DNA of 58,625 nucleotides from Myxococcota bacterium (GTDB taxonomy: Bacteria > Myxococcota_A > UBA9160 > SZUA-336). Under the pieces are notes generated by a model. The model saw only the letters and a program-made list of their open reading frames with translations. It was not told the DNA's origin and ran no database searches. The stretch covers positions 1-58,625 of the forward strand of contig JAYZEO010000082.1 in NCBI GenBank assembly GCA_036337215.1, in the 5' to 3' direction. This document shows positions 27,559 through 38,018 of this stretch, one piece after another. Position 1 is the stretch's first letter. The number at the start of each line of letters is the position of its first letter. The position numbers and the translations under genes were made by a program.

Positions 27559-28335
27559 TTACCTCCAGCGCAACGACTCGATCGCGGTGCGCATGACCGT
27601 CAGCAGGAAGGTCACGACGATCGCGTAATAGACGAGGTCCTGCGTCCGAACCACTCCCTCGAGGGCCGGCTGGAAGTGCGAACTCAGTCCCAGGTAGCGA
27701 ATCAATTCCTGCCCGGCTCCGGGCGGAGTCAGTTGAGCCAGGAACTCGAGCAGGTAGAGCATCAGACCCACGATCATCGCAACCACGGCCGCCACGATCT
27801 GGTTCTGTGTCAACGCAGACGCGAAGCAGCCGATCGCCCCGAGCGTCGCACCGTAGCAGAAGAGACCGAGCAGGCCCGCCAGCGTCTGCAGAATTTCGGG
27901 GTTCCCGTACAGCAGCAGCAGCGCGGGGTAGCAGGCCGAGATCGCCACGATTGCGAGGATCGGGCCGAGCACCCCCAGGTACTTGCCCAGCACGATCTCC
28001 CAGGTGGAAAGTGGACTCGTGAGCAGCAGTTCGAAGGTCCCGTTGACCCGCTCCTCCGCAAAAGTACGCATCGTGATGAGCGGAATCAGGAAGACCAGGA
28101 TCACCGAGAAACTCCCGAACGAGGGACCGATCACCTCACTGTTCAGGTTCATCTGCTGCAGGTAGTCGAACATTTGCATTTGCTGAACCTGCTGCAGACG
28201 CTGGACGAAGAAGCCGAGGCCGACGAAGAAGAAGTAACCCGCGAGCACGGCGTAGCCGGCGAGCAAGACATAGGCCGCCGGGGTGACGAAGAGCGAGCGC
28301 ACTTCACGCGCGGCGATCACGCCAATGTGCCTCAC
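27559..28335 (-). CDS. ABC-2 type transporter permease (GldF-like)
   Basis: The GTG at 28335 sits in a GTGA overlap with the ATPase stop. The product begins VRHIGVIAAREVRSLFVTPAAYVLLAGYAVLAGYFFF and has about six TM helices. Confidence 0.8.
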   Translation of the reverse strand: MRHIGVIAAREVRSLFVTPAAYVLLAGYAVLAGYFFFVGLGFFVQRLQQVQQMQMFDYLQQMNLNSEVIGPSFGSFSVILVFLIPLITMRTFAEERVNGTFELLLTSPLSTWEIVLGKYLGVLGPILAIVAISACYPALLLLYGNPEILQTLAGLLGLFCYGATLGAIGCFASALTQNQIVAAVVAMIVGLMLYLLEFLAQLTPPGAGQELIRYLGLSSHFQPALEGVVRTQDLVYYAIVVTFLLTVMRTAIESLRWR

Positions 28336-29093
28336 GCGAAATTCTCCCCGTCTCCCGCTTCCCCAGGTCCCGGGCTCGCCTCGCCTCTGACCGCCTCCCG
28401 CAGGAAGACCGCCTCGAGCGTGTCGGCGCCCCGCACCTCTTCCAGGGACCCGTCGACACGGATCGAGCCGTCCGCGATCAGGAGCACGCGCCGACACACG
28501 GCTTCGACTTCGGGGAGGACGTGCGTGGAGAGAATGACGGTTCGGCCTTCTTCCTCGGCCAGGGTTCGGATCAGGTTCCGGATCTCGCGCACCTGGACCG
28601 GATCGAGGCCCGAGGTCGGTTCGTCCAAGACCAGGACCTTCGGTTCGTGCACGATCGCCTGCGCCAACCCGACACGCTGCCGAAAGCCCTTCGAGAGCGT
28701 CCGAATCACCCGGTGTCGAACTTCCCGCAAGCCGCATCCGGAGAGGACCCGCTCCACCCGCGCGCTGCGCTCGCGCCTCGGAACGTCCTGGATCGCGGCC
28801 ACGTAGCGGAGGTAACCGTCGACACGCATCTCCGGGTAGAGCGGCGGGGTCTCGGGCAGGTAACCGATCGCGCGCCGGGCCGCGATCCCCTCGCTGTCGA
28901 GGCTGTGACCCGCGATCTTCACGGATCCCTCGGACGCCGGCAGAAAGCCCGTCAGGATGCGCATGGTGGTGGTCTTGCCGGCACCGTTGGGACCGAGGAA
29001 TCCGACCACCTCGCCGCGCTCGATGCGGAAGGAAACGTCGCGCACGGCGACCAGATCGCCAAAGCGCCTGGACACCCCTTTCACCTCGATCAA
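28332..29093 (-). CDS. ABC transporter ATP-binding protein (GldA-like)
   Basis: 253 aa. Walker A is GPNGAGKTT, the signature is LSKGFRQR and Walker B is VLVLDEPTSGLD. Confidence 0.92.
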   Translation of the reverse strand: MIEVKGVSRRFGDLVAVRDVSFRIERGEVVGFLGPNGAGKTTTMRILTGFLPASEGSVKIAGHSLDSEGIAARRAIGYLPETPPLYPEMRVDGYLRYVAAIQDVPRRERSARVERVLSGCGLREVRHRVIRTLSKGFRQRVGLAQAIVHEPKVLVLDEPTSGLDPVQVREIRNLIRTLAEEEGRTVILSTHVLPEVEAVCRRVLLIADGSIRVDGSLEEVRGADTLEAVFLREAVRGEASPGPGEAGDGENFA

Positions 29094-29177
29094 AGCATTC
29101 CCCCAGCAGGCCCGCGCGAGCGCGACGCCAGGAGATTACGCAAGGCGCTACCGGCGATGCAAGAGTTCCCGAGCCGA

Positions 29178-30026
29178 TCACCTGGAAGCGAGGGCATCGC
29201 GCAACGCATCTCCGAGCCAGTAGAAAGCGAGCAACGTGGCCGCGATCGCAAGGCCGGGAAACAGGATCAGGTACGGGTAGGAACGCATGGCCTGGAAGCC
29301 GTCGCTCGCAAGCACGCCCCAACTCGCGAAGGGCGGCTGGATCCCGAGCCCGATGAACGAAACCGTCGACTCCGCCAGAATCGCGGCCGGGACCCGGAAG
29401 CTGAGTGTCACGAGAATCGGACCCGCAATATTCGGCAGGATATGACGGAGCAGGATCCGACTACCGCGGACCCCAACCGCGCGCGCCGCCTCGACCCAGG
29501 CCTCTTCGCGAGCTTGCAGCACCAGGCCGCGCACGAGACGCGCGACCGCGATCCAACTCGAGAACGCCAGCGCCAGGACCACCGCGACCAGCGTCCGGTA
29601 CAGGTCCGGAACATCCGACAGACCGGTCTCGAGCAACTGCTTGATCAGGATGATGAGCAGGATGTCGGGCAACGAGTAGAGGACGTCGACCACGCGCATC
29701 AGGAATCCGTCCAGCCGGCCTCCCACGTACCCGGAGAGCCCCCCGAAGGCCAAGCCGATCACGAGAGCGATCGCGGTGGAGGCAACCGCGATGATGAGCG
29801 AAACCCGAGCCCCCTCCGCGAGCCGCGAGGCCAGATCCCGCCCGAGCGCGTCGGTCCCCATCCAGTGATCGGCGCTCGGACCTTCCAGGGCGCGGTCCGG
29901 GGCCTGAAGGTCGTAGGCGTAGCCCGAGATCGAGTCACCCGCGATCGCCACGCCCGCGAGTCCGACCAACATGCAGATGCCGAGCCAGCCGAGCGCTCCC
30001 AGTGAACGGAAACGGCGTTGAGTCAC
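29178..30026 (-). CDS. Peptide/nickel ABC transporter permease (OppC/DppC-like)
   Basis: The GTG at 30026 sits in a GTGA overlap with the upstream permease stop. It contains HWMGTDALGRDLASRL and DVLYSLPDILLIILI. Confidence 0.88.
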   Translation of the reverse strand: MTQRRFRSLGALGWLGICMLVGLAGVAIAGDSISGYAYDLQAPDRALEGPSADHWMGTDALGRDLASRLAEGARVSLIIAVASTAIALVIGLAFGGLSGYVGGRLDGFLMRVVDVLYSLPDILLIILIKQLLETGLSDVPDLYRTLVAVVLALAFSSWIAVARLVRGLVLQAREEAWVEAARAVGVRGSRILLRHILPNIAGPILVTLSFRVPAAILAESTVSFIGLGIQPPFASWGVLASDGFQAMRSYPYLILFPGLAIAATLLAFYWLGDALRDALASR

Positions 30027-30952
30027 GCTCTCGACCGTCCGAGCCGGATTCGCGGATCGAGCCATGCGTAGAGCAGATCCACCGTGAGATTCGCAATCAC
30101 GATGAGGCCCGCATAGACGAGGGTCACGCCCAGCACCAATGGATAGTCCCGATTCGTCACCGCGGTCACGAAGAATCGCCCCATTCCAGGAATCGCGAAC
30201 ACCTTTTCGACCACGAAGGATCCGGTGAGCAGCATCGCGAGCAACGGACCGAAGTAGGTCGTCACGGCGAGCAGCGCGTTTCGCAGGATGTGATGCCGGC
30301 GGACGCGCGCTTCCGAGACCCCCTTCGCACGGGCGGTCCTCACGAAGTCCATGTCGATCACGTCGAGTACCGAACTGCGCGTGAGCCGGGCGATGTAGGC
30401 CGCCGGGGCAGCGGCGAGCGTGATCGCGGGCAGCACCACGTAGAGCGGGCCCTCCCAGAGCCCGGCCGGCAACCAGCCCAGCCACAGCCCGAGCCCGAGA
30501 ATCAGCGCGGCACCGAGCACGAAACTCGGAACTGACATTCCCAAGATGGCCAGCGTCCCGAGCACGCGGTCGGGAGCCCGGCCCCGCCGGACGCCACCGG
30601 CGAGCCCGGCCGATACCCCGAAGAGCAGCGCGATCGCGAGCGCCGCGCTCCCGAGCCCGATCGAGACCGGAAACGCGTCGGCCAGAATCTGCGTCACGTC
30701 CCGGCCCAGGTACTTGTAGGACGGGCCGAGGTCACCCCCCAGGATCCCACCCAGGTAGCGCAGATACTGGCGTGGCAAGGACTCGTCCAGGTGATAGCGC
30801 GCCTCGACGTTGCGAAGGATCTCGGGTGGCAGCGTCTTCTCGCGGTCGAAGGGGCCGCCCGGGATGACCCGCAGCAGCGCGAAGGTGATCGTCGCCACCA
30901 CCAGCAGGACCGGAATGCCCTGCAACAACCGGAGGGCCGCGTAGCGAATCAC
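30023..30952 (-). CDS. Peptide/nickel ABC transporter permease (OppB/DppB-like)
   Basis: 309 aa. It contains MIRYAALRLLQGIPVLLVVATITFALLRVIPGGP and DFVRTARAKGVSEARV. Confidence 0.9.
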   Translation of the reverse strand: MIRYAALRLLQGIPVLLVVATITFALLRVIPGGPFDREKTLPPEILRNVEARYHLDESLPRQYLRYLGGILGGDLGPSYKYLGRDVTQILADAFPVSIGLGSAALAIALLFGVSAGLAGGVRRGRAPDRVLGTLAILGMSVPSFVLGAALILGLGLWLGWLPAGLWEGPLYVVLPAITLAAAPAAYIARLTRSSVLDVIDMDFVRTARAKGVSEARVRRHHILRNALLAVTTYFGPLLAMLLTGSFVVEKVFAIPGMGRFFVTAVTNRDYPLVLGVTLVYAGLIVIANLTVDLLYAWLDPRIRLGRSRA

Positions 30953-32523
30953 TCGACCCGTACCTGTTCGAGGTAAAGAAGATCCATCGGGTTCGGCTCG
31001 AATCCGCGCAGCCGTTCGCTCGCCACCAGATTGATCGAAGAGACGAAGAGCGGAACGATCGGCGCGTCCTCCTCACACAAGATCCGCTGGGCGGCATCGT
31101 AGAGTTCCTGCCGCCGGGCCGGCCGGGTCTCCCGGGCCGCCTCCAGAACGAGCTGGTCGTACTTCGGATTTTCCCAATTAGTATGGTTATTTGCACTCCA
31201 TGAGGTAAATAGGTTCATGAAGTTGTCCGGGTCCGGGAAATCGGCCCCCCAGCCGAGCCGGTAGACGGGCGGCGGGGAGGCTGCAAGTTCGCGCAGGAAT
31301 ACCTTCCACTCGCGGTTTTCGAGTTCGACCCGAACCCCGAGATGCCGCTGCCACTCAGACTGGATCTTCTCGGCGACGAGCTTGTGCGTCTGGTCCGTGT
31401 TGTAGACGACGCGAATCGGATCGAGCGCTGCCGGGTCCACGCCCGCCGTGTCGAGCAGGGCGCGCGCGGCTTCCGGGTCGAAGGGCAAGCCGATCTCCGC
31501 ATTGTGGTTGGGCATGCCGGGAGGGATCCAGTACGCGGCCGCGATCTCGCCGCCGCGTAGCAGCGTCGGAAACTGGCTCCGGTCGATCGCCATCGAGAAC
31601 GCGCGCCGTACACGCGCGTCGTCGAAGGGCGCTTTGCGTGTATTGAAACCGTAGTAGTAGCCGCGAAGCGCCGCGACGTGCCGGTAGCCGGAATGGTCCT
31701 GGTAGCGCCGAATCTCCAGCGGCGGAAGGCGCACCAGATCCAGGAGGCCCTGTTCGAACAGCACCAGGGCCGTCGACCCCTCCTCGATCATGTAACCGAG
31801 AATCCGCTCGAGTGGCGGAGGCCCCGCGTAAAAGTCGGGGTTGCGGACCAGCGTGATCCGGTATTCGTGCAACCACTCGTCGAGCAGGAAGGGTCCTAGC
31901 GTGACCAGGTTCCCGGCCTCGGCCCAGGCGTCCCCGTGCGTGTCGATGAGATCGAGGCGTACCGGAAAGGTGACCATGAAGGTCGCGATCGAGGCAAAGT
32001 AGACAATCGGGGCCACCAGCCTCACCTCGAGCGTATGCGGGTCGAGCGCCCGTACGCCCAGGGTCTCGGGATCGGTCGAGGCGCCCGAGTTGAGTTCGCG
32101 TGCACCTTCAACGTCGAACAGGAAGTACGCGTATTCTGCGGCGGTCTCGGGATCGAGCAAGCGCCGCCAGCCGTCTACGAAGTGGCGCGCTTCGAGCGGA
32201 ACTCCGTCGCTCCAGCGAACGTCGCGCCGCAACTGGAAGCGCCAGGTACGCCCGTCGGCCGAACTCTCCCAACGCTCCGCGAGTGCCGGGACGGGACGGA
32301 GCCCCGGGCCGAGCCGGGTGAGTCCACGCATGAGTTGCTCGATCACGGTGATCGAGACCGAATCGGTGGCGCGGTTCCAGTCGAGCGTCGGCGGCTCGGT
32401 GCCCAGGTTGAGCCGCAGGGTTCCCCGGTCGGCCTCGGCTCCACCGGGACCGGACCCGCCACACGCGAGCGCCACGACCAGCCCCGCGGCCATCGCCCGT
32501 GCACGCGCGAAGGTACTCCCCAC
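30949..32523 (-). CDS. ABC transporter substrate-binding protein, family 5 (peptide/nickel)
   Basis: 524 aa. It has a signal peptide with Cys (ALACGG). It contains WSDGVPLEARHFVDGWRR and ADFPDPDNFMNLFTSWSANNHTNWENPKYD. Confidence 0.9.
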   Translation of the reverse strand: MGSTFARARAMAAGLVVALACGGSGPGGAEADRGTLRLNLGTEPPTLDWNRATDSVSITVIEQLMRGLTRLGPGLRPVPALAERWESSADGRTWRFQLRRDVRWSDGVPLEARHFVDGWRRLLDPETAAEYAYFLFDVEGARELNSGASTDPETLGVRALDPHTLEVRLVAPIVYFASIATFMVTFPVRLDLIDTHGDAWAEAGNLVTLGPFLLDEWLHEYRITLVRNPDFYAGPPPLERILGYMIEEGSTALVLFEQGLLDLVRLPPLEIRRYQDHSGYRHVAALRGYYYGFNTRKAPFDDARVRRAFSMAIDRSQFPTLLRGGEIAAAYWIPPGMPNHNAEIGLPFDPEAARALLDTAGVDPAALDPIRVVYNTDQTHKLVAEKIQSEWQRHLGVRVELENREWKVFLRELAASPPPVYRLGWGADFPDPDNFMNLFTSWSANNHTNWENPKYDQLVLEAARETRPARRQELYDAAQRILCEEDAPIVPLFVSSINLVASERLRGFEPNPMDLLYLEQVRVE

Positions 32524-32559
32524 GGCCCTAGGCTAACCGTTTAGCTAGCTTCCCCGCCC

Positions 32560-33672
32560 GTGAGGGTGGCCGTGATCATCGAACGGCTCTCGGGGCTCGG
32601 GGGCGGGGTCGAAGCAGCCGCCTTTCAGTTGCTTCGAGAGCTCGGGAGGCGCGGAGTCGACGTGACCGTCGTCTGCCGGCGGGCAGAGGAGGCACCGCCG
32701 CCGGGCGTTCGGGTCCTGGAGCTTCGGATCCCGGCCGGCTGGCAGCCGCTTCGGCTTCTCGCGTTCTCACACCGCGCGGCACGCGCCAGCCGCGGCTTCG
32801 ACGTCGTGCACGCGTATTCCCGGACCCGCCGACAGCATCTGTACCGCGCCGGCGGCGGGAGCCACGCCGACTACATGGAACGCGTCTACACTCGCCCGCA
32901 GTTCCTGCGCCTCCTCTCCCCCCGGCACCGCGCGATTCTGGCGATCGAAGAAGCCGTCTTTCGCGACCCGGGCCAGCTGCTGCAGTGCAACGCGCGCGGA
33001 ACTGCCAACCAGATCACGGCGCGCTATGGCGTCGATCCGGACCGAATCGCCGTGGTTTACAACGGAGTCGATACCGAACGCTTTCACCCCAGGAACCGCG
33101 GGGAGACACGAGACCGGGTACGGCGGGAACTCGGACTCGAGGGTCACGCGGCGCTGTTTGCGGGAAATGGATTTCGCCGCAAGGGCCTCGACCGGGCCAT
33201 CGAAGCACTCGCCCGGAGCAGCAGCCCCGCGACCCTGCTGGTCGCGGGCGCCGACGATCCGGCACCCTATCGGCGGCTCGCAACGGCGAGCGGCATCGGG
33301 GAGCGGGTGCGCTTCCTGGGACGGAGAGCCGACGTCGAATCGCTCTACGCGGCGGCCGACCTGCTCGTGCTCCCAACGCGCTACGACGCCTTTGCCAACG
33401 TCTGCCTGGAGGCGATGGCCGCGGGCTTGCCGGTCGCGACCACCCCGACGAACGGAGCCTCCGAACTGATCAGCCACGGCGAGAACGGACTCGTGCTCGA
33501 GCACGACTGGTCTCCCGCCTGGGCGCTGCTCGAACAGCCCGAACGCGGTGCCTCCTTCGCGGCGGCCGCGCGCGAGACCGCGGCGGCCCACACCTGGTCG
33601 AGACACACCGACCAGGTACTCGCACTCTACGCGCGGATTACGGAAGCGCGGCGCGCGGCCCAGCCGGCGTGA
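32560..33672 (+). CDS. Glycosyltransferase family 4 (WaaG/RfaG-like)
   Basis: 370 aa with a GTG start. The N-terminus reads GGVEAAAFQLLRELGRRGVDVTVV. The C-terminal GT1 core reads LLVLPTRYDAFANVCLEAMAAGLPVATT ... GENG. Confidence 0.85.
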   Translation: MRVAVIIERLSGLGGGVEAAAFQLLRELGRRGVDVTVVCRRAEEAPPPGVRVLELRIPAGWQPLRLLAFSHRAARASRGFDVVHAYSRTRRQHLYRAGGGSHADYMERVYTRPQFLRLLSPRHRAILAIEEAVFRDPGQLLQCNARGTANQITARYGVDPDRIAVVYNGVDTERFHPRNRGETRDRVRRELGLEGHAALFAGNGFRRKGLDRAIEALARSSSPATLLVAGADDPAPYRRLATASGIGERVRFLGRRADVESLYAAADLLVLPTRYDAFANVCLEAMAAGLPVATTPTNGASELISHGENGLVLEHDWSPAWALLEQPERGASFAAAARETAAAHTWSRHTDQVLALYARITEARRAAQPA

Positions 33673-34928
33673 GTCAATCCGAGGTCGAGGCGCTGCTCCG
33701 GAGCCTGAGGGCGCACTCCGTGCCGGACGGGACCGAGGTGATCAAGCGGAACCGCGTCCGGTCCGTGGTTCGTGCGGGCGAGCGACTGCTGAAGCTGTTC
33801 CATGAACGTCCGCAAAATGCCCTTCGCGAAGCGCGCGCGCTGCGGGAGGCCGAGCGACGCGGCCTGTGCGTGCCACACCTCCTCGATTCGGGCCCCGATT
33901 GGCTGGCGACGCGCTGGATCGCGGGTCGACCGGCCGAACGCCGCGACCTGGAACAGATCCTCGCAAGCGTAGCAGCCATGCATGCGGCCGGAATGCTGCA
34001 CGGTGACCTGCATCTCGCAAATCTGCGGATCGGAGCAGGCAAGCTCTGGATCACGGACCTGCAGCGCTCGCGTTTCTTCCCCTGGCTCCCGCGCATGCTA
34101 CAGAACCGCGAACTCGGCTGGCTGGCCGCTTCGCTCGGCGAACCTCTCCCGGCCGAACTCGAACGCGTCCAGTTCTGGTGCGCACTGCGTAGACAGCGGC
34201 ATTGGCGGAGCCGCACGCGGCGCTGCCTGATCGAAAGCGGGAGCTTCACCCGCTTCACGGCACAGGGACTCCACGGCTTTCGGCGCCGCGAAGTCGACGC
34301 CCCTGCCCTACTCCGGGCGCTCGACGAGAACGCCGAAGCGACGCGGATCAAGCACACCCAGGATCGACGCGTGGAGCGCCGGGGTGCCTGGATCGTCAAG
34401 GAGCACGCGTCGGCTGGGAGCGCACGGCGCGCCTGGGTAGCGGGATGCGGGCTCGAAGCCCGCGGCATCGCGACGGGACGGAGCGTCGCCTGGGTCGGTC
34501 GCTGGCTGGTGATGGAGGACGCGGGCGAACCGCTCAGCGCTTTCGTCGAACACAACTTCAGCGGGACCACCCCGCACGAACGCGAAGAGATGGCGGACTG
34601 CCTGGCGACCCTGGTCGGGACCCTCCACCGACGCGGGATCTACCACGCCGACCTCAAGGCAGGGAATCTCTGCTGGGCGCCCGGCACCCCGCCCCGTCTG
34701 GTCGACTACGGCCAGGTACGCTTCGGGCGCCACGTGAGCTCGCGGCGCCGCATCAGGAATCTCGCACAACTCAACGCCTCGCTGCCGGACCCGGTCCCGG
34801 GCGGGCTCCGCGAACGTGCGCTGGAGCGTTACCTCGGCGAAACCGGCGAGCCCCGGAACCGCCGCCGGTTCCGGGCACGCATCATCCGCGAGAGTCTGAG
34901 GCGCAACCACCGCTGGAGCGGATGCTGA
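33669..34928 (+). CDS. Tandem lipopolysaccharide (Kdo/WaaP family) kinase-like protein
   Basis: The GTG at 33669 sits in a GTGA overlap with the GT4 stop. Two kinase modules are present: MHAAGMLHGDLHLANLRI...WITDLQRS and LHRRGIYHADLKAGNLCW...LVDYGQV. Confidence 0.75.
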   Translation: MSQSEVEALLRSLRAHSVPDGTEVIKRNRVRSVVRAGERLLKLFHERPQNALREARALREAERRGLCVPHLLDSGPDWLATRWIAGRPAERRDLEQILASVAAMHAAGMLHGDLHLANLRIGAGKLWITDLQRSRFFPWLPRMLQNRELGWLAASLGEPLPAELERVQFWCALRRQRHWRSRTRRCLIESGSFTRFTAQGLHGFRRREVDAPALLRALDENAEATRIKHTQDRRVERRGAWIVKEHASAGSARRAWVAGCGLEARGIATGRSVAWVGRWLVMEDAGEPLSAFVEHNFSGTTPHEREEMADCLATLVGTLHRRGIYHADLKAGNLCWAPGTPPRLVDYGQVRFGRHVSSRRRIRNLAQLNASLPDPVPGGLRERALERYLGETGEPRNRRRFRARIIRESLRRNHRWSGC

Positions 34929-35211
34929 GCCAGCGGAAGTAGACCCCGCCGAGCGAACCTGCCTCGCCGTCCTCGTACTCGAGGTCGGGCTTGTTGGGCG
35001 AGTTGGCCAGGATCTGCTGAAACAGCGCGATCTTGCGGGGCGGCTCATCCGGATTCGGGCTGTGAAACACCAGACTCACCTTCCGGCTCGCGGCCAGCAC
35101 GTTGAGAACCAGGGTAGAGAGCGTGAAGAGTTTGTTGGCGCCCTCTGTGGCTTCTACCGAGAAGGCCGGTAGATCCACGCGGTCGAGCGGAAAGTTGTAT
35201 TCGATTCGCAT
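34882..35211 (-). CDS. Hypothetical protein (no family recognised)
   Basis: 109 aa, beginning MRIEYNFPLDRVDLPAFSVEATEGANKLFTLSTLVLNVLAASRKVSLVFHSPNPDEPPRKIALFQQILANSPNKPDLEYEDGEAG. Third-position GC bias is gene-like as far as about GVYF. The last roughly 15 codons overlap the convergent kinase gene. It lies 64 nt downstream of oppF. Confidence 0.45.
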   Translation of the reverse strand: MRIEYNFPLDRVDLPAFSVEATEGANKLFTLSTLVLNVLAASRKVSLVFHSPNPDEPPRKIALFQQILANSPNKPDLEYEDGEAGSLGGVYFRWLSIRSSGGCASDSRG

Positions 35212-35275
35212 GCACTTGACTCCTTAGAGTGATTCGAGGCCTCCAGAACATCATCGGCTCTTGCCACCAGGATCC

Positions 35276-36240
35276 TCACAGCGGGGACAAGTGACAGGCA
35301 GCGCGGTGGCCGGGAGCAACCTCGCGAAGCACCGGGATCTCGGTCCGGCAGCGCTCCACCACGCGCGCGCAACGCGGATGAAACGGGCAGCCGGAGGGCG
35401 GCGCCAGCGGGCTGGGAACGTCGCCCGCGAGCGGAATTCGGTCCCGGCGATTGGTCGGGTCCTGGCCCGGGACCGCCGAGAGCAAGCTCTCGGTGTAGGG
35501 CTGCTGGGGTCGCGCGTACAGCTCTCGGGAGGGCGCCTCCTCGACAATGCGACCGAGGTACATCACGAGCACGCGGTCGCTCATGTGCCTGACCACGCGC
35601 AGGTCATGCGAAATGAACAGATATGCCACACCGAGCTGCTTCTGAAGATCGAGCAGCAGGTTGAGAATCTGGGCCTGGATCGAAACGTCGAGGGACGAGA
35701 CCGGCTCGTCCGCCACGATTAGCGATGGCCGAAGCGCGAGGGCGCGAGCAATCCCGATGCGCTGTCGCTGTCCCCCGCTGAACTCGTGCGGGTAGCGGCT
35801 GGCGTGCTCGGGGCGCATCCCGACGGTCTCCAGCAGTTCCGCCACGCGTCGGCGGCGCGCCTCTCCGCGCGCGATGCGGTGAATGCCGAGCCCTTCCCCG
35901 ATCGCCTCACCGACCCGCATACGCGGGTTGAGCGAGGCGTAGGGATCCTGAAATACGACCTGCATGCGACAGCGCAGGGCCCGAAGTTCGCGGCGTCCGG
36001 CTGCGCGCACATCCTGACCCTCGAAGCGGATCTCTCCCCGGTCGGCCTCGATGAGCCGCAGGATGGTCCGGCCGAGCGTCGACTTGCCACAGCCGGACTC
36101 GCCCACCAGACCCAACGTCTCTCCCGGGTTCACGTCCAGATCGACGCCATCGACCGCCCGGAGCCAGACACGGTTCGAGAACAGCCCACCGCCGACCGCG
36201 AAGTGCTTGTGAAGGCCGCGGACCCTGAGCAGCGGCGCGC

Positions 36241-36244
<4 letters not shown>
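35276..36244 (-). CDS. Oligopeptide/dipeptide ABC transporter ATP-binding protein (OppF/DppF-like)
   Basis: The GTG at 36244 sits in a GTGA overlap with the oppD-like stop. Walker A is GESGCGKST, the signature is FSGGQRQR and Walker B is [12 protein letters not shown]. The C-terminal oligopeptide domain reads [10 protein letters not shown]. Confidence 0.9.
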
Positions 36245-37226
<982 letters not shown>

Positions 37227-37230
<4 letters not shown>

Positions 37231-38018
37231 GGCCGTGCCTCGCCGAGCACCGGGCGGAACAGGCGCGCTTCGAGTGGAGGATTCAATTCGACCTCTTCGA
37301 AGTCGACCTCGGCCCGAACCTGGGAACCCGGGAACGAGAGTGTGATCGCGAACGGGTAGCGGCTCCCGCCCAGCGGGCGCCACTCGGCGTACTCGGCCTC
37401 CCAACGCACGCCGCCCAAAGGATCGATCGCCTGGATCCCACGCAGTTCGCCGCCCGGGCCGAGGCGGAGGCGCCGCACCGGGTAGCTGAGCCAGCGCTCC
37501 TCGCCGCGAGCCCAGACTTCGCGCGGTGCCGCGGGTGGTTCGGAACCGTCGAGCGGGGCCACCAGCAACGCCTCCACCGCCTCGGCCGGCGCGAGATCGA
37601 GTCCCAGCGTTCGCATCAGCGTGTCCGGGTTCACGGGACCCTGCTCGAACTCTTGCCCGTCGAAGAACAGAAACCGCTGCCCATCCGTCACGAGCAGTGA
37701 CTGGGTCTGGCCCAGAAAGTTGAGCCCTTCGAGTCTCAGGCTCGCCGGGCGCCGGGCCAGGATGATCTCCCGTACGGTTCCCGAGCCACTCGGGCCTTCG
37801 AGCCGGACGCGGGCCACGGCGCGGACCGAACCGCGTCGCGCGCCTTCCGCCTGAAGCTCCGCGACCTGCGACAGCAACTCGGCGTCCGCGGAAGGTTGAA
37901 CCACGAGCGGCGGTAGCAGCGGCGCTCGCGCCGCACATCCCCCGAGTAGCAGCAGCGCACCCGCAACCGTGGCCCAGGCGTCAGCCGGCCGCGGCCGCGT
38001 GCGCAGAGTGCGCCTCAA
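37227..38018 (-). CDS. Outer-membrane lipoprotein, LolB-like / DUF4292-like
   Basis: 263 aa with the lipobox LLLLGGC. It contains VRLEGPSGSGTVREIILARRPASLRLEGLNFLGQTQSLLVTDGQRFLFFD. The family assignment is from memory only. Confidence 0.5.

Noticed and set aside
24565-29093. Reading the GldA/GldF/GldG-like ABC cluster plus DUF4340 as a gliding-motility or otherwise novel system.
   Set aside because: This four-gene architecture is widespread outside gliding Bacteroidetes and is already catalogued as an ABC-2 exporter of unknown substrate. No other gld or spr genes are present here.
34882-34928. Convergent 3'-end overlaps (34882..34928 between the kinase and the small ORF; 47380..47423 between LolA-like 2 and LLM; 43377..43390 between the cupredoxin-like gene and cysC) as possible antisense regulation.
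   Set aside because: Short tail-to-tail overlaps are common in compact high-GC genomes. They may simply reflect late stop codons, and nothing in the sequence singles them out.
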